From NCBI GenBank assembly GCA_051362555.1, contig CM120645.1, forward strand, positions 16,430,001 to 16,494,000: DNA of 64,000 bases, written 5' to 3'. This DNA comes from Lingula anatina. Its lineage: Eukaryota > Animalia > Brachiopoda. The notes under the pieces were generated by a model. It did not search any database, was not told the origin of the DNA, and saw only the letters and a program-made list of their open reading frames with translations. The position numbers and the translations under genes are program-made. Below are positions 1 to 12,800 of the stretch, in pieces (the stretch's first letter is position 1; every line of letters begins with the position of its first letter).

Positions 1-1513
1 GGCTGATGCACATCTTGCATAAAAGCAAGATTCGATCCACATTGGTGTTGTGTGAACCCACCTGACTGCTGCCCATCTTGCATATAAACAAGACTAGGTC
101 CACACTGGTCCCGTGTGACCACACCTGGCTGCATATTTACATGTCTGACCCCACTAGTCGGTCCATCATGGCCTTGTGTGAATGGACCTGGCTGATACAC
201 TGCACCATAATTTTCATGACTCCCTCTGGTGAAAGTTGGGACTGGCTCTGTTTTCCAGTGTACAGTAGCCTGTCGCACTTGGCTGGTTTCTCTATTCCGC
301 CCAGGTATACGCATATCATGAGTGAATGGAATTTTCACTACAGTATCATCCCCATGCCCTGGATTCTCGGGAATAGGACTTATTCCCCACGGAATTGTGC
401 TTAACGTCCCTCTAGCTGACCCACGAGATTCCTGTCTGGAACCCACAGGAATCCCCCAGGTGCCTGGTTAACACCTGTCTGCTCCAGGTTTATTACCTCA
501 TATGTTACTCGTCTCCAGTCTGTGTAGAAACCACCGTCTGCACTGAAGTGGAGACCATTTCCCTCATCCCCTCTCCTGTCTGTACAGGCGTGGAGACCAT
601 GCGCCTCTCGTCAGCCCTTGGTACCTCACTCAAGGGTGACCGAATGGGTGTAGAAGTCCATAAACACCCAATCCCGAAACCCGAAGAACTGCTGGGCTCC
701 CTTGACACCATTTTCTGATCCGCGCTGGTGTTACCTCCAGAGGCTTGCGGTACTGCAGAGAGGGTAGTATTAGGAGTAAAGTCCAATAACTCCAACACAT
801 CATCAGTCAACTTTTTTCGAGTTATTAGTTGTAATAACTCCCTGGTGATTTGCCCACCATTTTGTCTCGCTGACACCATAGTTTCAGCTATTTTGTCACT
901 AACACCCGGTATTAGTGACAGCTCCTGAACGTCAGCCGAGTTGACTTTAATGACATGTACATTCTCCATATTTAATATCAATATATATAAAAATGAAGAA
1001 CACAAACGACTATAAATATATTTTTATTGAAAATATATAAATATAGCCCCCTCTAGAAATAATGCACCCACAATTTAATTGTTACTTGCAAAATTTCTAC
1101 AAAACAGTAAAGTCTGCCTAAGCAAACCGCTGAATAAACTAGAAAAACAGCTATTTGTATGAAAAAACAAACAACTACTCGTTTTTAAACTTTTATTCAG
1201 CAACGTGGGCTCGTTGTTTTCGCTGCCACCAATATAGAAATCCCTTACGCTAATCAACTCTAGCTCCGGATATTTCTACTAATATTCTGCTTACCTTAGC
1301 AGTAACGAAATCCCTTTCCTATAGATAACCACTAGAAATCAGGATTCCAACCTCTCTCTCTATCTTGCGTCACAGATATGGCGTCGCCCTTTGTTCTCAG
1401 TGCTCCTCGCTGTAACCCACTCCTTACAGCTATCGAGTTACTCGCAAACTGACACTCAGCCTCGACTCGGATCGAGGCCAAGACAAGCCAAACACCGATG
1501 CTGGATCACTACA
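1..1513 (-). mobile_element. 5' part of a Gypsy-like LTR retrotransposon: LTR 1233-1513, PBS 1221-1231, decayed gag-like ORF starting near 969
   Basis: On the minus strand the LTR starts TGTAG and ends CTATA (degenerate CTACA). One base later comes TGGTGGCAGCG, complementary to the 3' end of eukaryotic tRNA-Leu. The ORF begins MENVHVIKVNSADVQELSLIPGVSDKIAETMV (helix-hairpin-helix-like). Confidence 0.7.
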
Positions 1514-1538
1514 GTAGGCATATTTCGTCGCTTATATA

Positions 1539-3599
1539 CACTGTAAAAACAGTGTTAAGCTCCTAAACACATTTCTAAGCGCCTGTTTTGTCTCACTTTT
1601 TCCACGCGTTTAGCTCCTAACATGCTTAGCTTCTTAACACGTTTCACGCTTGTGTTTAGCAGTATGACGCGTTTGACGGCTTATAAATGTAGGGTGTATT
1701 TGTTTAACCTTTAGGTGCTAAGGGTTTCAACTGTTTTAGTCGCACACACGCGCGCACGCGCACACACACACACACACACACGAACTCACGGTCACTTTTA
1801 ACTGCTATAGTTATCTCTTTCTATAACAGGGTACCGTGAACTGTCAACATCGTTGACTTCCCACTATCATCTTTACAGCTGTACTTATTCATCCTTATGT
1901 TAGCTGACCTTGCGAGGAAGTTTATTGGAATGTATTTCTGAAAAGCAGGTTAGGAAAATTCACTAGTTCACTAAAGGCAAGAAACAACTATCAATTTTAC
2001 TTTAAAACACCTTTCTCCATATTTTGATAAAATGCGATACGGTATTGATATCTATTATTTTTTTTCCGAAAGTAATGAACAATAGAACATCAGGATCATA
2101 TTGGGGTATTCATTATAATGCTTTATTTAAGCTTTCATCACATGCTGGTTATTTCGGTACCGATAGTCCGAATATTTGTACCGCTCTAGTCGCCGACTAA
2201 CCCCAAGCCCATTTTGGAATTAACCACTAACTGTAATTCAAACAGCATAAGACGTGTTTTTGTTATTTATATAAAAATGTTTTCAAAACATTATATAATG
2301 TTTTTCCAGAATGTTATAAACACGCTGATAAAACTCCACAAAATGACGTTACATGTATCATAAAATTGTGTAGAAACGGTCTTCGAATCTTTTTACAAAT
2401 TATAACGTTACTGTACATCATTTTGCATGGAGTTAAAACACCCATAACGTTACCATAATGTTCTTCTATACCATTACCAGCATGTAACCATCTGATAACG
2501 TCGTGAAATCGTTATTTGTTATTGGATTATTACTTAAAGGTACATATGAATCGAGCATCGGTGGAGCGTGGGTTGCCAGTAACACATATAAACCACCTCT
2601 ACTAGATTCTTATACGACTCAAATAAAGTCGACATGCCAAGGGACAAACTGAATAAATCATTCGATCAGCCATAAAAGAGCTTTAGACTGCTCTTTTAAT
2701 TTTTGGTCAGAAATTTAACCTACTTATGTGACCTACTTTTCTGCCCCATGTATATACAGGATAGTAAGCTAACAGAAAAATCCATTCAAATAACATTTTT
2801 CGGCGAATATTAATCAATGCCTTCTGGCAATTTCCTTAATTATACTTTTTGAAACTATATACTGGTATTTGGTTGGTTTTTGAGCAAAAAATTGACTTTG
2901 TATGCATCTTTAATAGGCCTATTTTAAATAAGCACGCGTTACTGCAAGGAGGGACACCAAGCGTTCGAGCAGACTGCTCCACGCCTTCAACAGCTCCACA
3001 CGTTTACAATGGGGGGGAAGTGTTAAGCCAAATTGTTGAGCCTTGTAATAAACTTATGGGACCGGTGAAACAAATCACATAGCTAAAAGTGTGACACTTC
3101 TAAGAATGTTAAACATTTTTATTTCTTCTGAAAGAAGCTTGAAAAGCTAAACTTGTTGTTCAGCTACCCTCTACCAGGGCGACAGATGGATTTTTCACAG
3201 ATATGTCTCTAGATAAATAGATAGTCAATTTGGTCTGATGTCACCTCAGCAAAAAAATGTCCCCAAGAACTGTGGCCTTGATAGAGGGTATTGTTCAGCA
3301 GCTACACGCGTTTAGGAATTCCACACCTATAGCAGCTCCATATGTTTAGCAGCCTCACGCGCTTAGCAGGGGAAGTGCTTAGACAATGTGCTTAGCTTGT
3401 GATAGACTTATTATAGATCCATATACCGGTGAAGCTAAGCACATAGCTAAACGTGTAACACTGCCAACGTGTCTAGCATTTTCTTCTGTGAAACGCTTGA
3501 AAAGCTATACGTGCTTAGCTTTTACACATATTTCTAAATGCGTATAGGTGCTTAACGTATGTTGTATGTATTTAAATGCTAAGCACTGTTTTTACAGTG
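1539..3599. mobile_element. Non-autonomous CACTG (CACTA/EnSpm-like) TIR element with TA TSD
   Basis: TIRs cactgtaaaaacagtg / cactgtttttacagtg with TA on both sides; subterminal gcttag/ctaagc-type repeats; second copy at 7087-8460. Confidence 0.8.
2538..2909. mobile_element. TTAA-flanked (Kolobok-like) MITE nested in the CACTG element
   Basis: ttaa|aggtacata ... tatgcatct|ttaa; related copies at about 7990-8313, about 10680-10792 and 24313-25228 (reverse). Confidence 0.7.
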
Positions 3600-4200
3600 T
3601 ATGTGCACAGTTAAGCCTGTCTTACGTCGTTTTTTATAATTGACATTTTAATTGACTTCTCAGGGGTATTGTGATCCTTTATTATCATCCAAATACCGAA
3701 AAAAGTGAGGATATTTTCTGGAACTAATTGTTCAATAATGCAAGTATCTTTGTGTTGAATTAAAACTTTATAAATCCCCTCCAAAATATATCTATCGTTG
3801 CAATATATAAGCACAGACAACTCAAAGCTTTTATCGTCAATTTTACACCTTTCCTTTTTGAGGTGACATAAAAATCGGTACGGGCCATAACTTCTTGCCT
3901 AAACAAAATTTTATCACGAAAATTGACATAGCTGATCTAAAGTCAATGTGTTACAATAGCATGTCGCCATTGTGGTTTAAATGCTTTAGTTATAGAGTTT
4001 TGAACCAGTAATTTCATTTTTTCATTAAACAAAGGCATTATTTTGTTTTGTCAATGGTGAATTTTAGAAAAATCGCTGGTTAATATTTGGAGTGCTTAAA
4101 AGTGCCCTTAAACTGACGCTAAAACGGTGTTCTCGGGTGCTTGGGTAAAAAGAGGAATTTGAGAGAACTTTCTTTTATTTTTAGGTTACATTGTTTTAGA
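3600..4200 (+). repeat. Dispersed repeat family; other copies about 38460-39760 and, reversed, about 49700-50535
   Basis: Shared blocks such as gaggtgacata, cgccattgtggtttaaa and ttcattaaacaaag; the left part lies at 1514-1538. Confidence 0.7.
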
Positions 4201-5919
4201 AAAGGTGGTTAGACTTTTTTGTCGATTAAATACGTGCACACTTAGGCCAGTATCACATCGTTGTCTTTTATAATTTAGATCCCCCATGAGTAGAATTTGA
4301 TTTACTGATACGACATATAAACACAAGTTATTTTTTCAAGGGCATGAAAGGGAGTTAGAGACCTTTGAAATAAATAATATCAAAGGTCCAATCCATAGGA
4401 TTCCATGTCAAGATAACTTTTTCTTGGGTAGGGAGCATTTTAATACTCACGAACTATTGCTTTACAGTACAGGGGTATATTGATAATTGCACAATATTTT
4501 TAATTAGAATATGCATTATACCCCTGTAATTATTATTTTCATTAACCGTTTATAAAAAGCAAGGTTTACAGTTAACAGTAAGAGTATGATATGGAAAAAC
4601 AGTTTTTTACGTATTTTGATGTACCGGGAAGTTGCCACTCCCCTAAATAGAAATTAAAACAAACGATTTTTTTCTGTACATTTTTTTTACAGAAATGTAC
4701 AGACTTAAAATTATTGAGTTATTGATTCTTCCGAGACATTGAGGCCTTTCTAATATGAGGTTCACGTGTAGCTGTTGATGGAAGGTCTGCTACCAAACTT
4801 GGGACTCGCCAATGCGGACCTGAACTTAGTTTTGTCAAGTAAAAACCTAAGTCCGCGGTTTTCTTTCGCAACTCTCTATTACTGAACAACATATACCGTA
4901 CATGGTATATGCTGATTTGACGTAATACGAATCCAAGGGTCTATTAATCCGTCTTGAATTTGAACTGTACGTGTTTTATTTTCAAAAAACACTGATGTTG
5001 TTATTTTGAAGACTAGCACAAAATGTCTGCACTATCGTCCAGGGCCCGGTTGCACCAAGCCGTCGTAAGTGAGGCGTAGCAGTTGCGCTGGCGTAACAAT
5101 CGCCAATCCTCGGCTCATTCCGCAAGCTCCATACTAACCTCGGATGTGATAGGCGGAGAAATATGCACCAAATCCATGCATTTTGTTAGCCGGAAATGCC
5201 TTCTCACTCAATTCGATTATTCAGCTCATAAAGATGGCTGTCAATACCCCTGATTTCTATGATGCTTTACAGTTTGCCAAACAATGCACTAAGATTGACT
5301 TTGATTTAAAGGATAAACAGATACAGACGTTGAAAGATTTATGGTCTAAATTAGCGCGAGGTTGAAAGTAGTTCCTTCCCAACAATCAACAATCAAATAT
5401 GGCTGCCTCCGTATTACGTCCGAGGTTATTGTCGAGTGCGGAGACATCCGAGTAGTTCCGAGTGCTGGCGTAAACTGGTGTGGCATGAATCGTTCGAAGC
5501 GTGAACCATCCGTACTGCTCATGCGCACGAAGCGCAGCCAAATCTGAGAGACTTCCGGCGTGTACTGTTCGTCTTCATCGATACATTCTGCTTGATTTAT
5601 GTAAAATTTGTAGGTAGAATGGTGTAACAGATTATACGAAACATGGAGTACAATGTCTGTTTACTTTTAAGAACCACATAATTAAGTACATTTTTAAACG
5701 TGAATAAACATATTGTACACTGTTGAGAACATACTGCATAATCTTTAGAAATATTCATATCTTAAAGTGGTCACCTCTAATGCGATTTCCACCAAACTGG
5801 AATAGTGTTTACGTTGGTCTTAAATTAGTCGTAGATTTACGCCTACCAGCTAGGTGGTGTATGTTGGTCGTAGCTCGTTTTCCACAATGGCTAGGCTACC
5901 ATAGAGAGAGTTTGGTGAC

Positions 5920-5922
<3 letters not shown>

Positions 5923-5982
<60 letters not shown>
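5923..5982. repeat. (TA)n microsatellite
   Basis: About 30 perfect TA units. Confidence 0.95.
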
Positions 5983-5985
<3 letters not shown>

Positions 5986-6199
5986 AAATCGTCAAAGAGG
6001 AGGGTTAACGCAGGTATAACTCAAGACGCTCTTTATTGTGTTGAGATCCATTGACCCATCAAGGTGACAGCCGAGTCGGTATCTTTGTCGTAATCACTGG
6101 ATGTCACCTTGTTTATCACTTTAGTACTACAGTCTAGATTAATCGATTATACTAGGTACGTTGTGCGCATTGAAAAGAGGGGTTATATGGCGTCCTACC

Positions 6200-7076
6200 G
6201 GGTGTACTGTACCATGGTAATCTGACTCCCCTCAGATATGCCTCTCCAGTCAGATTTTCATCATAAAAATGTGACTCCCCTGTCAAATTTTCATAATGTG
6301 ACCCCCCCCAATGAAATTTTGACTCCCCCCACAAAACTTTATAAATTTTATTATATCTTATATTGTAGAATGCATAATGGAGGATACATTGGCACTTTTT
6401 GTTAGTTTGCAGGTGAAATTTTAAATGAGAAAGTAAGAAAATGAAAAATGTGTATTTTACACCCAATGGCCCCCCTACGAAAAAGCTATATATATATTTA
6501 TATTATTTATTTGATATTTGGTGATCATTTCAACATATTTCCCTTAAGTATACTTAATGAAGAATATATTGGAAACATTTGAAAGTCTAAAGGTAAAATA
6601 TTGTGTGCAAAAGATGAAAAGAAAAATCGTGAAAAATCTTCATATTCATACCCATGGGATTTGGACTCCCAAGAAGAAAAGGCCTTATTTTATATTTTCA
6701 CCAACCATACCATTGTTTTCCACATGGTTTGCATTGTGATGTATATTCTGTTAGTATTTGAAAGTTTGATGGTGAAAATTGATGATTTTTGAAACAAGTA
6801 TTTCTCTTACTATCTTTAGGATTTGGACTCCGATAGCCTTTTCTTAGAAGTCATTGGGTGGGAAAACACACAATTTTGATTTTCTTTTTTTTTCTCATGA
6901 AAATTTTCAAAAAGTGCCAATGTATCCTCCATTATGCATTCTACAAGATAAATGTTATATACTCAAATAAAGTAAAATTCATAAAGTTTTGTGAGGAGTC
7001 AAAATTTCATGGGGGGGGGAGTCAGATTTTCATTATGAAATTTTGACTGGGGGAGTCAGATGTTGATGTAATACCA
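6200..7076. mobile_element. Foldback MITE with long imperfect inverted arms
   Basis: atctgactcccc / ggggagtcagat termini and internal inverted blocks (tgcataatggaggatacattggcac vs gtgccaatgtatcctccattatgca). Confidence 0.65.
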
Positions 7077-7086
7077 TGTATATCTG

Positions 7087-8460
7087 CATTGTAAAAACAG
7101 TGTTTAGCTCCTAAACACATTTCTAAGCGCCTGTTTTGTTTCATTTTTTCGACGCGTTTAGCTCCTAAGCACGTTTAGCTTCTTAACATGTTACACGCTT
7201 TGACGCCTAATAAATGTAGGATGTATTTATTTAACTTTTAGGTGCTAAGGGTTTCAAATTGTTCAGTCACACACACACACACACGTGCGCGCGCGAACGC
7301 ACACACACACGAAGTCACGGTCAACCTTGACTGCTGTAGCTATCTCTATCGTTGACGGGGTACCGCGGACTGTTATCATCGTTGACTTAACACCATAACC
7401 TTTACAGCTGGACTTATTCATTCTTGTGTTAGCTGAACTTGCAAGGAAGTTCATTGGAATATATTTCTGTAAAACAAAGTACGAAAATTCACCAGTTCAG
7501 TAAACACACGAAGCAACTATCACTTTTACTTTAAAACACATTTTTTCATAATATGATAAAATGCGTTACAGTATTGATGTCTATTTTTTCTGGAAGTAAT
7601 GAACAATAGAACACCAGGATGATGGTGGGGTATTCATTATATTTAAGCTTTCATCACATGCTGGTTATTTCGGTACCGAAAGCCCGAATATTCTACAATT
7701 CGCCCGTTCTAGTCGCCGACTGACCCCGAGCCCATTTTGGAATTGACAGCTAATTGTAGTTCATAAAGCATAAAACGTGTTTTGGTTATTTATGAAAAAA
7801 AATTTGAAACATTATATATTTTTCCAGAATGTTATCAAAACGCTGATAAAACTCCACAAAAATACTTTATAATAAAATTTTGTAGAAACGGTCTACGAAT
7901 CTTTCTACAAATTACTGTAATGGTTTTTGTTATCTGGGACATCATTTTGCATGTAGTTAAAAAAACCCATAACGTTACCATAATGTAGATTGCCAGTAAC
8001 ACATTTAAACCACTTCTACTAGAATCTTATACTGAATCTTATACTTATCTTATATAGAATCTTAAACTTAAGTCGTCATGCCAAGGGATAAAGTGAATAA
8101 ATCACTCGATCAGCCATTAAAGAGCTTTAGCCTGCTCTTTAATTTTTGGTCAGAAATTTAAACCACTTATGTGACCTACTTTTCTGCCCCATGTATATAC
8201 AGGATAATAAGCTAGCAGAAAAATCCATTCAAATATCATTTTTTTTCGGGTAATATTAAACAACGCCTTCTGGCAATTTTTGGCAAAAAATTGATTTTGT
8301 ATGCATCTTTAATAGGCCTATTTTCAATAAGCACACGTTACTGCATGGAAGGTCTTCAAGCGTTTCTGTCGAGCTGCTGCACGCCTTCAACAGCTCCTCA
8401 CGTTTACAATGGAAAGTGCTTAATTGTTGAGCCTTGTAATAAACTTTATCATAAACATAC
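7087..8460. mobile_element. Truncated second copy of the CACTG element
   Basis: Starts cattgtaaaaacagtg and is colinear with 1539-3060; right end missing. Confidence 0.8.
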
Positions 8461-9636
8461 CGCCAATTTGTAAAGAAAATAGAAATAAGCCCAATTAACA
8501 TTCGATAAATGTACTTTATTTGGTGGTTTATAGAAATTTTATCCTGTCGGAAGAAGACAGTGGGTTAAATTTTTGAACGTGATTTTTGTCAAAAATCTAC
8601 TAACCTCCAGAACATATGGCAGAGAACAAAAACAACAACTGCAAAATCAGCCCCTTTCTGGTATGACTTGGCTAATCAAATCCCGTGTATAGATGTTAAC
8701 ATTTTGCTGTTACCCAGTATCGTGAAGTGCAGATATATAAGTTAGCGTTACAAGCGAGGTCAAAACAGGCAACAAAATAAAACAGAAATACAAGTTATGA
8801 AACAATGAATGATTTTTGCTGCACTTGCGTCTACCGCTGCTGAACCCTGACCTGTAAATTCAGAAACTGCCAATGTGTGACAAACTGACAGAGGTCGCCC
8901 ATGTTTTAAGCTCGTCTTAATTATTGTGGGAGGCTTCTGACAAACTCAACGAACTATTATATTTTTGAGTATTTAGGTAACACCGCCTATACTTTCAAAT
9001 CTATTGAGTGTTTGTTATTCATCATGACAACACGATAATTCCCCTGAAGATAGTGATGGATTAGTTGGGGTAAAATAGTTTCTATTCTTTTTGTTAATTG
9101 TTTACGTATAATCTTGTGCAGATCTTTTAATTCTGGACTATCAAACTGGCATTCACTACTTCCATTCACTATTGTCAACCACTGTTGATTGATCTCGCTT
9201 CTTGAACTTCGATTGGTTAGGTACAATTAACAATTCAATAACTTACAGGAATCTCATGGCCTTTGATTGATCAGTTACAAACCCTTGTTTTGATGTTGAT
9301 CGTTACGCAAGATGCCAATTGCATTAATCAAAATTATTTTGATGTGAATTTCCGATCACTGCGGTTGATAAGATATTTTTAATATTCTAAAATATCTTAA
9401 CTGATAAAAATGTTAAATGCTTTTTGTTTAATTTATGTCTTTTTAATATTCTTAAACATCATTGATCATGTGAATTAATCTATAGGCCTAAATGTACATA
9501 AAATCAAATTTTCCCTTCATACATATACATAGGTGGACAATATGAAAAATAAAATATATGATTGTTCGTATGTGAGAGAAAGAGAGAGAGAGACATGTAT
9601 ATTTTTCTTTTCATTCTTGCACTCCTTCAGAAAAAA

Positions 9637-9831
9637 ATGTCTGGCCAAGATACCCCCGAAATTACCTTAGCTGAAATAGATGCTATACCTGATTTTAAAA
9701 AAGCCAGAGAAATGCTACGAAAGTTAGGGTTGGACCTCGTTGGTGTGAAAAACAAGGACGACGCCGTCCTAAAATTGAGGAAACACCTGAGGGATAAGTA
9801 TGGTGAAGGTGTGGCTGAGGACCCACTGAAT
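9637..9831 (+). CDS. Gene A coding exon 1: N-terminal basic helical (SAP/HeH-like) module
   Basis: MSGQDTPEITLAEID...EDPLN followed by a gtaagt donor; aligns without gaps to gene B exon 1. Confidence 0.85.
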
Positions 9832-12800
9832 GTAAGTTTAAAATGCTGTAGTGCACAATTCCTTATGTCTGTACTCACTTCGCCTTTGTACATAAATAAG
9901 GTCTACAACTCAACATACCGGTGTATACCTTTAGTTTTTAATTCACTACAATATCAAAATAAGACAACAAACACAGTGGGTTTTAAGAGGTCGTTTGCAG
10001 CCGAAATATTTCTGAAAAAAAATGGACATACATCCAACAACTAACTAGAAGTTTAATTTTGTACATGGTTGCCCTTTTGTTTCATTTCAGGCTGCTGAAC
10101 TAATGGTAGATGCCTTGCAGGAAGATGAAGAGACAAGACAACAGCTTCGCAAATTTTACGAAGCCACGATTAAGTATATTTCTGATTTACCAGAAAGAAG
10201 ACGCAATGACCTTAATCAAAACATTCCGCGAGTGGAAAAAAGATTATGTGAAAGCATTGAAAAACTCTCTAAAAGCGAAAGCGGAATTTTAGTAGCAGGT
10301 AATTCTGAATATGTTGGACACCTTAACTTTCTCTCTGTTTTTATTTTTATTTTAAATAATGCTTTTGTCTTATCTTAGTGGTTGATTAGCAGCACCGTCT
10401 TCTCCCACTAACATAATTTAATGTCCTAGCTGTACGATATACACATTTCCAGACTGTAGGTTTTAAGTAACCTATCACGAAAAAGATTAAATTTGTCAAC
10501 AGTATATCTTCTAATTAACTTCACGTGAATTGCTTAGAAGGTAAGTTAAAACCTGGCCGCTCATTTTGCTTCATTCAAAAATTATATAATAAGTATTAAT
10601 ACCTTTACATAAAATTCGTAGTTATTGTACATTAACTGATTGACATTGTGGATAGGATTAGGGTTATATATATTTTCGGTAAAAAATTAAACAATGCCTT
10701 TTGGTAGTTCTCTTAGTTGTACTACTTGAAACTATATGCTAGTATTAGGGAGGTTTTTTTCACAAAAAATTGACTCTGTATGCATCTTTAAAGGAATACT
10801 TCACCTATCTCAAAATGAATCAATGTTATATTTATGTCTAAATATCCTCCAAACTTATGTTTTTTTTTCGTACATTTGTCTCGACATTTTGAGGTCCCCT
10901 TTTAATACTTGTGCAATTTTGTTCATATATAATTAAGGTGAGACTGGTGCCGGCAAGAGTTGTTTGTTAAACCTACTCCTCGGGGAAGATCTTCTTCCAA
11001 CTGATTTCTTCAGTTGTACCGCCGTGCTGTGTGAATTAAGGTACGGCGACCGTAGGAAAGCTATTGCACATTTCTGGGACACCAGTTTACAACCTGTTAC
11101 CTTGGACCTGGAAGTGCCAGATCCTCTTAAGGTTTTGAAGCCTTACATATTCCAGGAAGAAGGACGAGGGAAGAAGGAATTTCCATACAACAGAGTCCAG
11201 TTATTTTGGCCTATCCCTCTGTTACAGGTAACAAAAGCTACACGATGACAAATTTTGGGAGAGCTTGAACCATTATTATATGGCATTTCTATTCCTTAAA
11301 TAATAACCTACTGTTTAATTAGTTCCTTCAAAAGTATGAATTGTGCCCACATATCTCTGAACATAAAGATTTCGTGACAAGATGTACGTCACATAAAATG
11401 TTTTTCTTCTTAATCAGTTTATGAAACAGGACAAATTCCATTGAAATTTAGCATGCATTAGAAAAGGGCCATCAGTTAAATGATATTGCAACGGCTAAAG
11501 AAGTTTACAATTTATTTACATAATGTATGATATTTTTGATATTAAAGAAATTTACTTACAGGGAGGTGTCTACATCATGGACAGCCCGGGTATAGGAGAG
11601 AATGAAATGATGACAAAGCTTACAAAGAGTTATTTGGCCAAGGCATTTTCCTTCATCTACGTCATCAACAGCATGGTGGCCGGAGGAGTGCAAGAAGATA
11701 GGGTAAAACGAATAGCAACTTAGCGACTTTTACCTTTTTAACTCAGACACTCTTCGTTAATGAATATAATTTAGATCAGTATCGAGCTGGGGTTGGGACT
11801 TAATGTCCCTCATGGGTTGAAGATGTTAAACTAAGAAGTAACTGATATAAGCGGTTTAGATGAATAAGGTTCTTTCGCCATTATTTTTTCTTTTTAAGAG
11901 ATGAGTATGGTTAAGCAGCTCCAGATCAGCCAAAGGATTCGACCAGTTTGCAGCAAATTTAATTTCCGCAAACATAAAATCTTTGAAACTTTTCTCATAT
12001 CTTTGCTTAACTGCCTTTGATGATTGAATAGATATATATAACAACTGCTTTGAATTGGGCAATAAACGGATTTCCCTGGGATAAATGCTAAATTTCCCAA
12101 ACTAATGGTAAATGAATCCATGCAGACATTTAAAGTCCATTCATTGTTTTTCCTAAATAAAATGTATAATAATTTGTTAAGATTACTTACACATTAAATC
12201 CTTGAGAGGAATGGCAATCTATAAAGGTACGCGTGGTCTGATGACAACAACAGATTTTAGAATTATTGTGATAACCACTTTCTTGTGGTAAAAGGAATTT
12301 ATGATATTTTTCTGAGTAGTTAACAATGTATGTATTGTGAAATATAAATCTCATACGATCAGCTGTAATCCTTTCGAGGCGAGAGTACTCGGTAAGTGGT
12401 TTCGGTTTTTATGATTTGGCAGGACAAGCTGACAGCAAACCAAACATTTAGCTGATTTCAGAAGTGAAGTTAGTGAGTAGATTAGAACCGAAGAGTTGTT
12501 CTTTTTTGTAGCTCCAAGGTCTACTTAGTGACGTAGTGAAGGGTAAATTCGAGACAGAAAACAAAAACAGTGGCACAGAAAAACTTGCTTCTGGAGTTCA
12601 TCTGTTCAATCCTTCCACGGCCATCTTTGTACTCAACAAATGGGACCAGGTGCCAGAAAAGGATAAGACAGGCGTTTTAAACGACACGCTTCGCAAGCTG
12701 CAAAAAATCTGTGACGGCTTTACTGCAAACCAGCTATTCCCTATGTCTGTGACAAAGGTGAGCGCACATAGTAAACCTTATTTACATTTAATTACTGGCC

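Noticed and set aside
8620-8980. Gene A promoter, TATA-like tatataag near 8734, possible UTR exon donor at 8977 and IRF-like GAAA motifs
   Set aside because: Plausible, but such motifs are expected by chance in AT-rich DNA; needs transcript 5'-end data.
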